Assembly (NCBI GenBank): GCA_050287845.1
Contig: JBNKCR010000017.1
Coordinates: forward strand, 18,186-82,185
Direction: 5' to 3'
Source of the DNA: Polyangia bacterium
GTDB taxonomy: Bacteria > Myxococcota_A > Polyangia > JAAYKL01
DNA length: 64,000 nucleotides
In this document: positions 50,058 through 59,517 of the stretch, piece after piece
Numbering within the stretch: position 1 is the stretch's first letter
Layout of the letters: the number at the start of each line of letters is the position of its first letter
Notes under the pieces: generated by a model
What the model saw: only the letters and a program-made list of their open reading frames with translations
Told to the model about the DNA's origin: nothing
Databases searched by the model: none
Position numbers and translations under genes: made by a program

Positions 50058-50480
50058 CAGGAAAAAACAGCCTGATTCTTGTTTTTACTATTAATTTCAA
50101 CGATTTAAACAATCTGATAAAAAATTCAAAATACGATACAGTATCGGTTGAATCTCAATTGAGGCGAATTTTGAGGTGTGTTTCCGTGACGGTTCCCGCC
50201 CCATTCACGGACTCCTCAGGGTACTCGCCTTCCCGGGGATGAGTGCGGTTTGCAAATCATGTCTGTTTCCTGATAACCACCTTTGTCTCGTGATATTTTC
50301 GGGAAAATTTTATCGGTGCCTGGTGGGCAACTGATGGATGTGTATGCAGTTTTCCTTTTATTGTGGGCCCTTTTTCTTTTTTTTTTTATCACTGGATAAA
50401 ATCAATGCGCTGTTGTGATTTTTCATTTACAGTGTTTCCGGTGAAATTTTGTTTCGTTTTATGAAAGGGTAAATTGCCCC

Positions 50481-52253
50481 ATGCCTACACTCAGTTGGTG
50501 GACCAAAGATGGTGGAAAGAAAGTTCAGGGTATCACCAAATCAATTACCACTATTGGATCTGCAGTTGAAAATGACATTGTTATCGGGGAAATGAAACTG
50601 GCGCCGCATCATGCGCAGCTTGTGTTTGACGGTCGGGATTTCTGTCTGGTGGATTTGTTGGGGGAGGGGGATGTTCGCCTGAATGCCCGTAAAAAGAAAA
50701 AGGCCAAAATTGTGCACCAGGACCGGATTACCGTGGCCGATGCGGAGCTGACCTTTCATCTGATAGATGGCACCCGGGTGTCCGAAACCCGGGATGCCCG
50801 AACTGATCTGGAAGGGTTGAAAAAGCTGCAACAGTTCTCCGAAGCATTGCTGCAACGGAATTCCGTGGACGAGCTGCTCGAAGTGCTGATGGATGCCGTG
50901 ATTGAACTGACCGGCGCCGCCAAGGGGTTTCTGATTCTGTTTGAGGGCGAAACCCCGCTGATCAAGGTGGCCAGGAATCTGCGGCGGGAAAATCTGGGGT
51001 CCGCCGTGTCCCAGTTGTCGGACAGTATTGTGGCGCAGGTGGTGCAGTCCAAATCCGCCATTATCGTCTCCGACGCCCAGAGCCATGCCCGATTTTCAAA
51101 CGCCCAGTCCGTTATCAACCTCAAGCTCAATTCGGTGATGTGCGCCCCCCTGTTGAACCGCGGGCAATTGCTGGGACTGATTTATGTGGGAAACGATACT
51201 GTTCGCGGATTGTTTGAAGCGGAGACCCTGGAGTTGCTTAAGGTATTCGCGTCCCAGGCGTCGTTGCTGGTCCAGAATGCGATTCTGCTGGATGAGCTCA
51301 AGTTGCGCAATGTGGCGCTGACCCGCGAACTCGACCAGCAGCGTTTCGGTGAAATCATTGGTTCCTCCGCGGCTATGGAGAAGGTGTTTAAAAAGGTTGA
51401 AAAAGTTGCTGTCGCCGATGTATCTGTGCTGGTGGGCGGGGAAACCGGTACCGGCAAGGAGTTGATTGCCAGAGAAATTCACCGTCGCAGTGGCCGATCC
51501 GCCGGTCCGTTTGTGACGGTGAACTGCGGCGCGATTCCGGAGACACTCATGGAGTCTGAATTTTTCGGTCACGTCAAGGGGGCATTCACCGGTGCGGATG
51601 CCACCCGGGAAGGCAAATTTCAGGCGGCGGATGGCGGGACGATATTTTTGGATGAGATTGGCGAGATGCCCCTCTCGCTTCAGGTGAAACTGCTTCGGGT
51701 GCTGCAGGAGCACCAGGTGATGAAGGTGGGGGCCACCAAGACCGAAACCCTGAATATTCGGGTGGTTGCGGCAACAAATCGCGATCTGGAGGAAGAAATC
51801 CGCCTGGGCAATTTTCGCGAGGACCTGTATTATCGGTTGAATGTGATTCACATCGATTTGCCGCCGTTGCGCAACCGGGGCGAAGATGTGGTGCTGCTGG
51901 CGCGATATCTCCTCCGGAAGTACAGGGAGGAATTTGCATCCAAAGTCAAAGGCTTTACCCCGGGGGCGATGATGGCTATAAAAAAACATACTTGGCCCGG
52001 AAACGTGAGGGAGCTGGAAAATCGAATTAAAAAGGCAATTATTCTCTGTGATTCCAATATGTTGGGACAAGCGGACCTGGACCTTTCAGACGATGCACTT
52101 CCTGAAGTGCGCACCCTCTCGGAAGCCCGGGAAGAGTTTCAGCGAAAATATGTGCTTGAAGTTCTGGAAAGAAACAATGGCAATCGAACAAAAACCGCAG
52201 AAGAGCTGGATGTGGACCCGAGAACCATCTATCGCTATCTGGAAAAGGCCTGA
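50481..52253 (+). CDS. sigma54-dependent transcriptional activator with N-terminal FHA domain and GAF domain
   Basis: FHA-like 'ITTIGSAVENDIVIG...HHAQLVF'. A GAF-like middle region. AAA+ 'GETGTGKELIAREIH' and a GAFTGA motif 'GHVKGAFTGA'. C-terminal Fis-type HTH. Confidence 0.85.
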   Translation: MPTLSWWTKDGGKKVQGITKSITTIGSAVENDIVIGEMKLAPHHAQLVFDGRDFCLVDLLGEGDVRLNARKKKKAKIVHQDRITVADAELTFHLIDGTRVSETRDARTDLEGLKKLQQFSEALLQRNSVDELLEVLMDAVIELTGAAKGFLILFEGETPLIKVARNLRRENLGSAVSQLSDSIVAQVVQSKSAIIVSDAQSHARFSNAQSVINLKLNSVMCAPLLNRGQLLGLIYVGNDTVRGLFEAETLELLKVFASQASLLVQNAILLDELKLRNVALTRELDQQRFGEIIGSSAAMEKVFKKVEKVAVADVSVLVGGETGTGKELIAREIHRRSGRSAGPFVTVNCGAIPETLMESEFFGHVKGAFTGADATREGKFQAADGGTIFLDEIGEMPLSLQVKLLRVLQEHQVMKVGATKTETLNIRVVAATNRDLEEEIRLGNFREDLYYRLNVIHIDLPPLRNRGEDVVLLARYLLRKYREEFASKVKGFTPGAMMAIKKHTWPGNVRELENRIKKAIILCDSNMLGQADLDLSDDALPEVRTLSEAREEFQRKYVLEVLERNNGNRTKTAEELDVDPRTIYRYLEKA

Positions 52254-52257
52254 GCCG

Positions 52258-52776
52258 TTGCGCTGCCCAATCGGTCTTTTATGTCTGGTGCCGCTGCTGG
52301 TCTCTTCCTGTGTGGTGACCGATGAAATCGAATTTCGGGACAAAATCAACATGCCGCCCCAGCTGGTGTGGACAGAACCGGTCACCGATGTGTTGCATAT
52401 GGTGGATGACGACACCCGCCTGTCTTTCACCGTTCAGGTATGGGACCCCGATGAAAAAGACGCGGATTCATACGAAGGAATGATCACGATTATCGAAGAA
52501 TCCAATCTGGTGCAGCCCAAAAAAACGTCGGACGGTTCCTGTATTGCAACGGTGGACACATCTCCCGATCCGTCAGAGTACGATGGCGGAATTCTGGTGA
52601 CCTTTGATTGTTCCGCAGATTTTTCATTGAACGCCACTCCGGTGGAGACCACCCTGATTGTGGAGGTTGATGTGTCTGATGGCGGATTTCTGGGACTTCC
52701 GGACGAAGTGGCCGAAGGTGCCAACCATCTCCGGGTAACGTGGGTCTTTGAGTCCCGTCCGGCCACGGCGAAATAA
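52258..52776 (+). CDS. small lipoprotein (about 172 aa); proposed TTG start
   Basis: A signal peptide with lipobox 'LVSSC' is encoded only if translation starts at TTG 52258 (or the overlapping ATG at 52210). It is acidic and of unknown family. Confidence 0.4.
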   Translation: MRCPIGLLCLVPLLVSSCVVTDEIEFRDKINMPPQLVWTEPVTDVLHMVDDDTRLSFTVQVWDPDEKDADSYEGMITIIEESNLVQPKKTSDGSCIATVDTSPDPSEYDGGILVTFDCSADFSLNATPVETTLIVEVDVSDGGFLGLPDEVAEGANHLRVTWVFESRPATAK

Positions 52777-52780
52777 GTGC

Positions 52781-54553
52781 ATGTGGAGTCTGGGTACCAT
52801 GAATGCCGGAATGTCAGTTACCGCAAAAAACGTCACCGTCGTTTGGGCTGGGTTGGCGCTGATTCTCTGTGTGCCGTTGCTGTTCGCCTGCACCCCGACG
52901 GATACCACAGACCGCTTTGTGTATACCGGTTTCCGGAATACCTGCAGGACCAACAGCGATTGCGAAACCGGTACCTGTCATGCCGATCTGTCGGTTTGCG
53001 TGGTCGCGGTGCAGAGCCCCGATGCTGAACTGCTGGCCAGGGTGACGTTTGCCGCGTCAAACCTGAAACCCCAGCTGTTTTCCGTACCGGTGGTGAGCAC
53101 CGAAAACTATGCCTTTGAACTCCGTAAACCCGTGGCGGTGCAGAATATGGTGCTGGATATTGATGCCGATATTCTGTTCGCCAATCTGACCGATGCACTC
53201 CCGGGGAATGACCCGGATGTCTCGGTGTACAGAACCTATCTTACCCATACCGATTTTTTCCTGTTGCCGGGCATGTACCGAATCACCATTTATCCGGTGG
53301 GGGATGATGCGAATACGTATCCCATCACGTCGTTTTCGGATATTCGGATGGATGAAAATGGCCTGCTCTGGTCCGGGGACGACCAGGTGGATTTTGCGTC
53401 TGCCCTTGTGAACAATACGAATGTGTTGAGCGGCAAGGTGTCCTATGCCGGCACGGTGGAAAGCAATGTTGAAGCGCGGGATTTGTCGGTTCAGGCGTTT
53501 GATCCGGTGAGCCATCTGGCCCTCTCCCGGGGATACAAATTGATTTGCCGGCCCGGAATGAGCCCCGCCGCACCAGAGGATTGCGGCAATTTTTCCATTC
53601 CGTTGCATAAGGACATCAGTTCGGTGGAACTCCGGTTTTTCAAGCCGGATGAACCGTTCTTTGTGGCGTACACCACGACCATCGAAGGCGTCGGTGCGAG
53701 TGCGGAGATCCGAAGCATTACCCTGAAGCCGCTGGAACAACCGGTGCTGATTCAGGGGACAATCGGTGTGAATCCCGGTGCGGGTATCCAGTCGGTACCG
53801 CCGGAATGTCACGTGTTGTTCAAGTCCGTGGAGCCCGACCGTTTTCTCGCATATTGGGCGCGTTCCAATGGCTACGGGGAGGTGGAACGGGCCGAAGATG
53901 CCCCGGGCGTGTATCTGTACCCGGGACGGTACTCGGTAACGGCATTTCCCCGCAACACGAATCTTGAGGTGTCCGCCACAGCGGCGCGCACCACTTTCTC
54001 GAAGACACTGGTGGTGACCAACACGCCCAACGATGAATCGACTGAGACCGGGTCCGATTTTGCCGTGAACGGATTTTCATTTCCGCTGCAGACGAGATTG
54101 CCCATCCAGGGAAGTGTTCTGTTCAGGGAGCAGCTGATGCCGCAGGTTCAGTTGACGGCATATAACATCAGCGGGAATCAACCGTTCAATAATGTGATTC
54201 GCGGAATCTCCGATGCGAATGGAGATTGGCGTGTCCGGATGGACAATGACGTGTATCATCTGGTGGCGATGCCGCCAGAGGAGAGCGGGTTTGCCCCGGG
54301 ATTTCACGTATGGAACATTTTAAGTTCGACGAGCTACCGGTTTGAGGCCACAGTGAAGATTCCCTTTGTCATCGGGGGAACGGTGGTCATCGATACCCGG
54401 GACGGGTTTGGGAATATTCAGCCCGATGACGTATCCATTGACTGGTACCAGGTATCGTCACAGTTGGCGTACCCGGTGGCCCATACGGAGGTGCAGTCGG
54501 GATTCTCGTTCACAGCGCTGTTGCCCCCCGACCGACCGACGGAGACGAAATGA
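52781..54553 (+). CDS. large lipoprotein (about 590 aa) with repeated beta-sandwich-like segments, unknown function
   Basis: Lipobox 'LLFAC'. A Cys-rich 'NTCRTNSDCETGTCHADLSVC' module, then repeated hydrophobic beta-strand patterns. The start could be 52781, 52799 or 52811. Confidence 0.5.
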   Translation: MWSLGTMNAGMSVTAKNVTVVWAGLALILCVPLLFACTPTDTTDRFVYTGFRNTCRTNSDCETGTCHADLSVCVVAVQSPDAELLARVTFAASNLKPQLFSVPVVSTENYAFELRKPVAVQNMVLDIDADILFANLTDALPGNDPDVSVYRTYLTHTDFFLLPGMYRITIYPVGDDANTYPITSFSDIRMDENGLLWSGDDQVDFASALVNNTNVLSGKVSYAGTVESNVEARDLSVQAFDPVSHLALSRGYKLICRPGMSPAAPEDCGNFSIPLHKDISSVELRFFKPDEPFFVAYTTTIEGVGASAEIRSITLKPLEQPVLIQGTIGVNPGAGIQSVPPECHVLFKSVEPDRFLAYWARSNGYGEVERAEDAPGVYLYPGRYSVTAFPRNTNLEVSATAARTTFSKTLVVTNTPNDESTETGSDFAVNGFSFPLQTRLPIQGSVLFREQLMPQVQLTAYNISGNQPFNNVIRGISDANGDWRVRMDNDVYHLVAMPPEESGFAPGFHVWNILSSTSYRFEATVKIPFVIGGTVVIDTRDGFGNIQPDDVSIDWYQVSSQLAYPVAHTEVQSGFSFTALLPPDRPTETK

Positions 54554-54598
54554 AAAGAATCGCAAAATGCAGTGGCGGATGTCACTGATCGAGGCTGT

Positions 54599-55426
54599 AT
54601 GATGAACGTTTTCTTTAATATTCTGCAGATTTCACTTCCTGTCCTGTATGGGGTGAGCGCACTGTGTTATCTGTGTTATTTCTTCAGAAAAAATTCCTCT
54701 CAACGAAACATCGGAACAAGCGTGCTGGTGACCGCCGCGGTGGCGCATATGGTGTATACCGTTGTGCTGGGCGGAACCACGGGACGTCATCCCATGGGTA
54801 CGATATATGAGTTTCTGTCGTTTGTGGCCATGACCATGGGATTCATTTATCTGTTTCTCGAAATCTGGCACAGGAATGCCTACATCGGTACGTTCACGGT
54901 GCCGGCGATTTTTTTACTGCAGTTCTGCTCCACTCTGGGAATTGAACCGTCGGTGACGCTCAAGCCCCTGTTGCACGAAACCCGGTTTGCATTGCATGCC
55001 ACCACCTTTGCCGCGGCATACGCGTCTTTTTTTCTGGGAGTGATTTTTGCCCTGATGGTGCTGTTGTTTGAGCGTTCCATTCGCCGGCATCGATTCGGCA
55101 TCATCTTCGAACAGTTGCCGTCCCTGGATGTGCTGGCCAGGATGACGGCGACCACACTGGTGATCGGATTTGTTTTTATGAGTATCGGGTTGAGTCTGGG
55201 TGCGTGGAACGCCCTGGAAACCAGCGCCGAGGTGGGGGTGGATGTGAAGGTGCTGCTCACGCTGCTGGTGTGGCTGCTCTATGGCGCGGCCATTGTGACG
55301 CGATTTGTTTTCCACTGGTCTGACAAATCCCTGGCGATTTTCTGCATGTCGGGTTTTCTGCTGCTGATCGCCACCACTGTGTACACCCACGTGAGCGACG
55401 CTGGCTGGCACCATTTTGTGGGATAG
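54599..55426 (+). CDS. hemX: cytochrome c assembly (CcsA/HemX-like) polytopic membrane protein immediately upstream of hemA
   Basis: About 8 predicted TM helices. 2-bp gap to hemA. Position and family are consistent with Bacillus-type HemX. The start may be 54572. Confidence 0.55.
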   Translation: MMNVFFNILQISLPVLYGVSALCYLCYFFRKNSSQRNIGTSVLVTAAVAHMVYTVVLGGTTGRHPMGTIYEFLSFVAMTMGFIYLFLEIWHRNAYIGTFTVPAIFLLQFCSTLGIEPSVTLKPLLHETRFALHATTFAAAYASFFLGVIFALMVLLFERSIRRHRFGIIFEQLPSLDVLARMTATTLVIGFVFMSIGLSLGAWNALETSAEVGVDVKVLLTLLVWLLYGAAIVTRFVFHWSDKSLAIFCMSGFLLLIATTVYTHVSDAGWHHFVG

Positions 55427-55428
55427 AT

Positions 55429-56730
55429 ATGACTGAACGCACCGCAGACCGAATTCCGTTTGTTATTGGCAGCAGTTTTCACACCGCACCCCTGGACGTG
55501 CTGGAAAAGCTGTCCATCGGGAAAGACGACCTCCAGTCGGTGGTGAAGGAAATTGCCGGCTGGATTCACACGACGGACCTGGTGGTTCTTTCCACATGCA
55601 ACCGAACTGAAATTATCGGGACCACCACGGATGTGGCGGCGACCCAGACCCAGGTGGCCACCTATTTCAATACCGTCTCGGAAAATGTCACCATTTTGCC
55701 GGAATACCTGTATTGTCTCACGGAACGGGATGCGATCGATCATGTGTTCCGGGTGATCAGCGGGTTGGAATCAATGATGATTGGCGAAACAGAAATTGTG
55801 GGACAGATGCAGTTTTCCTTCGGGGTGGCCCAGTGTGAGGGCCTGGCCAGCAACTATTTTGTGCAGCTGTTTGATGCCGCGTTTCGCACGGGCAAGCGGG
55901 TCCGGACGGAAACCGGGATTGACCGGGGTACCACCTCGGTGGCCAAAGCCGGGGTGCATATGGCCCGGCGGGTTGTGGGAGACCTGTCCAGACGGCATGT
56001 GCTGATGATTGGCGCTGGTGAGACCGGCACGTTGACTTGCACCTATCTGAATGAAGAACGGGCCGCCATCCGGGTGGCGAATCGAACCCATGACCGGGCA
56101 GTGCGTCTGGCCGCAACGGTGGGGGGACAGGTGGTGCCGTTTGACCAGCTGGAAGCCGCCATCGCGGGGGTGGATGTGGTGTTTCTGGCCACCGGCTCGA
56201 AAACGCCGCTGCTTACCGTGGAACTCATCACCCGGGTGCAGAAAAAGCGACACGGTGAACTCCTGGTGGTGGTGGATATATCGCTGCCCCACAACGCAAC
56301 TCCGGAGATTGCCGATGTGGGTAATGTGTTTCTGTTCAATATGAATGATCTGCAGGAGATGGTGGCCAAATCTCTCTCGAAACGGGCCGGCGAGAAAAAA
56401 CAGGCCGAACGGATTATCGCTGCGGAAGTGGATGCATTCTTTACGCGGCAGAAAACCCTTGAGGTGGGCCCATTGATAGCAAAATTGCGCGCGTCATATG
56501 AATATTTGAGTGAACTGGAGCTGGCCCGATATGACAATCGGCTGAGCGATGCGGAAAAGCGGCTGCTACGTCAGTTTGCCGGTGGACTGGTGAAGAAACT
56601 GCTTCATCTGCCCACCATGGGGGTGCGGGAGCTGGCAATGGATGACGATGCAACCGGGGAGCGGGTGAAATGGTTTGAAAAGTTGTTTGGACTGGATGAA
56701 CCCTTTGAAAACAGAACGAGGAAAAAGTGA
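55429..56730 (+). CDS. hemA: glutamyl-tRNA reductase
   Basis: 'VLSTCNRTEI' active-site Cys motif and the NADP-binding 'IGAGETG'. Confidence 0.9.
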   Translation: MTERTADRIPFVIGSSFHTAPLDVLEKLSIGKDDLQSVVKEIAGWIHTTDLVVLSTCNRTEIIGTTTDVAATQTQVATYFNTVSENVTILPEYLYCLTERDAIDHVFRVISGLESMMIGETEIVGQMQFSFGVAQCEGLASNYFVQLFDAAFRTGKRVRTETGIDRGTTSVAKAGVHMARRVVGDLSRRHVLMIGAGETGTLTCTYLNEERAAIRVANRTHDRAVRLAATVGGQVVPFDQLEAAIAGVDVVFLATGSKTPLLTVELITRVQKKRHGELLVVVDISLPHNATPEIADVGNVFLFNMNDLQEMVAKSLSKRAGEKKQAERIIAAEVDAFFTRQKTLEVGPLIAKLRASYEYLSELELARYDNRLSDAEKRLLRQFAGGLVKKLLHLPTMGVRELAMDDDATGERVKWFEKLFGLDEPFENRTRKK

Positions 56731-57677
56731 CTGGTATACGATTGGGAACCCGAAAAAGCCGTCTGGCCATGTGGCAGACCGAGCATGTGGCATCGCTGCT
56801 GAAACAGGCGAATCCAGCCGTTGATGTGCGCGTTGTCCCCATTGTGACCCTGGGCGACCGGGTGACGGACAGGCCCCTGTATGAACTGGGGGGAACGGCG
56901 GTGTTCACTAAGGAAATTGAGGCCGCGCTGCTGAATGACGAATGTGATATTGCGGTGCACAGCCTCAAGGATTTGGCGACGGTGATGCCCGAGGGATTGC
57001 AGCTGGCCGCGTATCTGCCCCGGGAGGACCCCAGGGATGTGTTCATTTCAAAAGATGGTCTGTCGTTGGCAAGTCTTCCCGAAGGCGGGGTGATAGGGAC
57101 CTCCAGTCTGCGGCGGGTGGCCATGATTCGGCATTTCCGACCGGACCTGGAAGTGGTGTCGCTGCGCGGCAATGTGCCCACCCGACTCGGCGCAGCGGGA
57201 AAAGAGGTTCCCGATGCGAAGCCGTATTCCGGTCCGTCCCTGGATGGCACCATCATGGCCGCTGCCGGGCTGAAGCGACTGGGATTTAACGCTCATATTC
57301 AGGATTATCTGCCCGCCACCCTGTTCATGCCGGCGCCGGGACAGGGGATCATTGCCCTGCAGACCCGTTGTGACGATGAAAAGACCAGCGCCCTTGTTGA
57401 GCCATTGAATTGCGCCCGCACCCGGATGGCGGCAGTGGCCGAGCGCACCTTTCTCAATATGGTCGAAGGTGGCTGTCGCCTGCCGATTGGGGCGTTCTCC
57501 ATGCTGACGGAGACAACGGTGGACCTTTCCGGCGTTATTCTGTCCCTGGACGGAAAAACGAAAATTGCCGGTGCGGTGGAAGGAAAAGACCCCGTTGCGC
57601 TGGGACAGCAGCTGGCGGTAAAACTGCTGGATGCCGGTGGCCGGGAGATTCTCAATGAGATAAAAAAGAATCCATGA
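56727..57677 (+). CDS. hemC: porphobilinogen deaminase (hydroxymethylbilane synthase)
   Basis: 'IRLGTRKSRLAMWQTEHV' is the HemC N-terminus. GTGA overlap with the hemA stop. Confidence 0.9.
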   Translation: MTGIRLGTRKSRLAMWQTEHVASLLKQANPAVDVRVVPIVTLGDRVTDRPLYELGGTAVFTKEIEAALLNDECDIAVHSLKDLATVMPEGLQLAAYLPREDPRDVFISKDGLSLASLPEGGVIGTSSLRRVAMIRHFRPDLEVVSLRGNVPTRLGAAGKEVPDAKPYSGPSLDGTIMAAAGLKRLGFNAHIQDYLPATLFMPAPGQGIIALQTRCDDEKTSALVEPLNCARTRMAAVAERTFLNMVEGGCRLPIGAFSMLTETTVDLSGVILSLDGKTKIAGAVEGKDPVALGQQLAVKLLDAGGREILNEIKKNP

Positions 57678-57765
57678 AAGCCAGAGACGCGAAGATTGAA
57701 AAGTTTTCACAGATGATCCCGGACGGAGCGATTCGCCGGGTGAGGATGGCACTCAAGAAAGAAGG

Positions 57766-58530
57766 GTGACGATGACTTTAACCGGAAAGCATATTCTGCT
57801 GGGCAGACATCAGAGCGACGAGAGTCCCCTGGAAGACCGACTTTTTCACGCGGGCGCGCGGGTGACGTGTGTTCCGCTCATTGAAATTGAGCCCCTTGCC
57901 GCCATTGACCTCGCCGGGGTGAACCTGAGTCCGGATGTGGTGGTCATTACCAGTAAGAACAGCGTGGCGGGTTACCTGCAGATTCGGCCACAACTGGGAC
58001 CCCATCTGCTGGCCACTGTGGGCCGGCGCACCGGCACTGCATGCGAGAAGCGTGGGGTGGCGCCCGACATCATCGGTTCGGGAAGGGGTGCTCTGGCGCT
58101 GCTGGAGACCCTGGCATCCACCTGTGGCGTTTCTGGAAAACACATTCTTTACCCCTGTTCCAATCTGGTGACTGACGAATTTGCAGCGCGGGCCACCGCC
58201 CTCGGGGCAACGGTGGAGATGCTCACGGTGTATCGCACGGCAACACCGGCTGCCCTTTCGGCGGAATCCCTCGATCCCGCTGACGCGGTGGTGTTTTACA
58301 GCAGCAGCGGCGCACGGCATTTTCATGAGGTCCGATCGTTTTCCAGCATGACAGATACGGCCGCCGTGGCCATGGGAGAACAGACGGCGAATACATTGCG
58401 CGAATTGGGTGCGTCAAAGGTGACAGTGGCCCGGAGACCGGATATCGATGCGCTGTTCGACGCGGTGGTGGAAAGCGTGAATGCCAAAGCCCGGGCCCCC
58501 CAACACGAAGATTGCGAGAAAGATACATGA
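57766..58530 (+). CDS. hemD: uroporphyrinogen-III synthase
   Basis: About 250 aa HemD-like two-lobe pattern in the canonical position between hemC and hemB. Weak family conservation is expected. Confidence 0.65.
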   Translation: MTMTLTGKHILLGRHQSDESPLEDRLFHAGARVTCVPLIEIEPLAAIDLAGVNLSPDVVVITSKNSVAGYLQIRPQLGPHLLATVGRRTGTACEKRGVAPDIIGSGRGALALLETLASTCGVSGKHILYPCSNLVTDEFAARATALGATVEMLTVYRTATPAALSAESLDPADAVVFYSSSGARHFHEVRSFSSMTDTAAVAMGEQTANTLRELGASKVTVARRPDIDALFDAVVESVNAKARAPQHEDCEKDT

Positions 58531-59510
58531 CATATCCGATAGTACGAATGAGAAGAATCCGACGGACACCGCAGATTCGAGAGCTGGTTCGGGAAACGGA
58601 GATTTCACTGAACAAGCTGGTGTATCCCCTGTTTGTGGTGGAAGGGGAGAAGATACAGACGCCCATCGCCGCCATGCCGGGCTGTTTTCATTTTTCCATT
58701 GATCGGCTGGTGGTGGAATGTGAAGCGCTGTGGAAAATGGGCATCCGTCATGTGATACTGTTCGGTATTCCCGCCACCAGGGATGAGGTGGGGTCGAGTG
58801 GGTACGACGAAAACGGGATTGTGGCCAGAGCCATTGCCGCCATCAAAGCCGCGGTGCCGCAGATGTGTGTGTGGGCCGATGTCTGCCTGTGTGAATACAC
58901 CAGTCATGGACATTGCGGGGTGGTGGAGAATCATCAGGTGAAAAACGATGCAACACTGCCTCTGCTGGCCCGGGCGGCCCGGGTGTATGCAGCGGCCGGC
59001 GCCGATATTATTGCCCCATCGGACATGATGGACGGCCGGGTGGATGCCATTCGCGCCGAGCTGGATGCCAGCGGTTTTGAGGATGTGGCCATCTGTGCGT
59101 ACAGCGCCAAGTATGCCTCCGGATTTTATGGGCCGTTTCGGGAGGCCGCCTGCAGCGCGCCGGGGTTCGGAGACAGGAGCGGTTATCAGATGGACCCGGC
59201 CAACAGTGACGAAGCGCTTCGGGAAGTGGAACTCGATATTGACGAAGGCGCTGACATGGTGATGGTGAAACCGGCCCTTTCATACCTGGATATTGTCCGT
59301 CGGGTGAAAGAGCAGTTTCTGGTGCCGGTGGTCGCGTACAATGTGTCGGGAGAATACTCGATGATTAAGGCGGCCGCCGAAAAAGGATGGATTGATCACG
59401 ACCGACTGGTGATGGAGACTCTGCTCTCCATGCGCAGGGCCGGTGCAGATATTATTATTACCTATTTTGCGAAAGATGTGGCGCGGATTCTTGGTTCGCC
59501 GTCACGGTGA
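58527..59510 (+). CDS. hemB: porphobilinogen synthase (delta-aminolevulinate dehydratase)
   Basis: 'RMRRIRR...[10 protein letters not shown]', a zinc-type Cys cluster '[14 protein letters not shown]', and the active-site 'MVKPAL'. ATGA overlap with hemD. Confidence 0.9.
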   Translation: MTYPIVRMRRIRRTPQIRELVRETEISLNKLVYPLFVVEGEKIQTPIAAMPGCFHFSIDRLVVECEALWKMGIRHVILFGIPATRDEVGSSGYDENGIVARAIAAIKAAVPQMCVWADVCLCEYTSHGHCGVVENHQVKNDATLPLLARAARVYAAAGADIIAPSDMMDGRVDAIRAELDASGFEDVAICAYSAKYASGFYGPFREAACSAPGFGDRSGYQMDPANSDEALREVELDIDEGADMVMVKPALSYLDIVRRVKEQFLVPVVAYNVSGEYSMIKAAAEKGWIDHDRLVMETLLSMRRAGADIIITYFAKDVARILGSPSR

Positions 59511-59517
59511 GGTGGTT

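Noticed and set aside
51096-52070. 324-aa minus-strand ORF inside the sigma54 activator gene
   Set aside because: It is antisense to a gene with unambiguous AAA+/sigma54 motifs. It has no recognisable domain.
52048-52776. ORF-track start at 52048 for the first lipoprotein gene
   Set aside because: It overlaps the last 200 bp of the sigma54 activator gene in another frame. The signal peptide and lipobox only make sense with a start at TTG 52258 (or the ATG at 52210), so the 5' portion is treated as non-coding overlap.
56441-57256. 271-aa minus-strand ORF overlapping hemA and hemC
   Set aside because: It is antisense to two highly conserved genes. It has a Pro/Ser/Arg-rich spurious composition.
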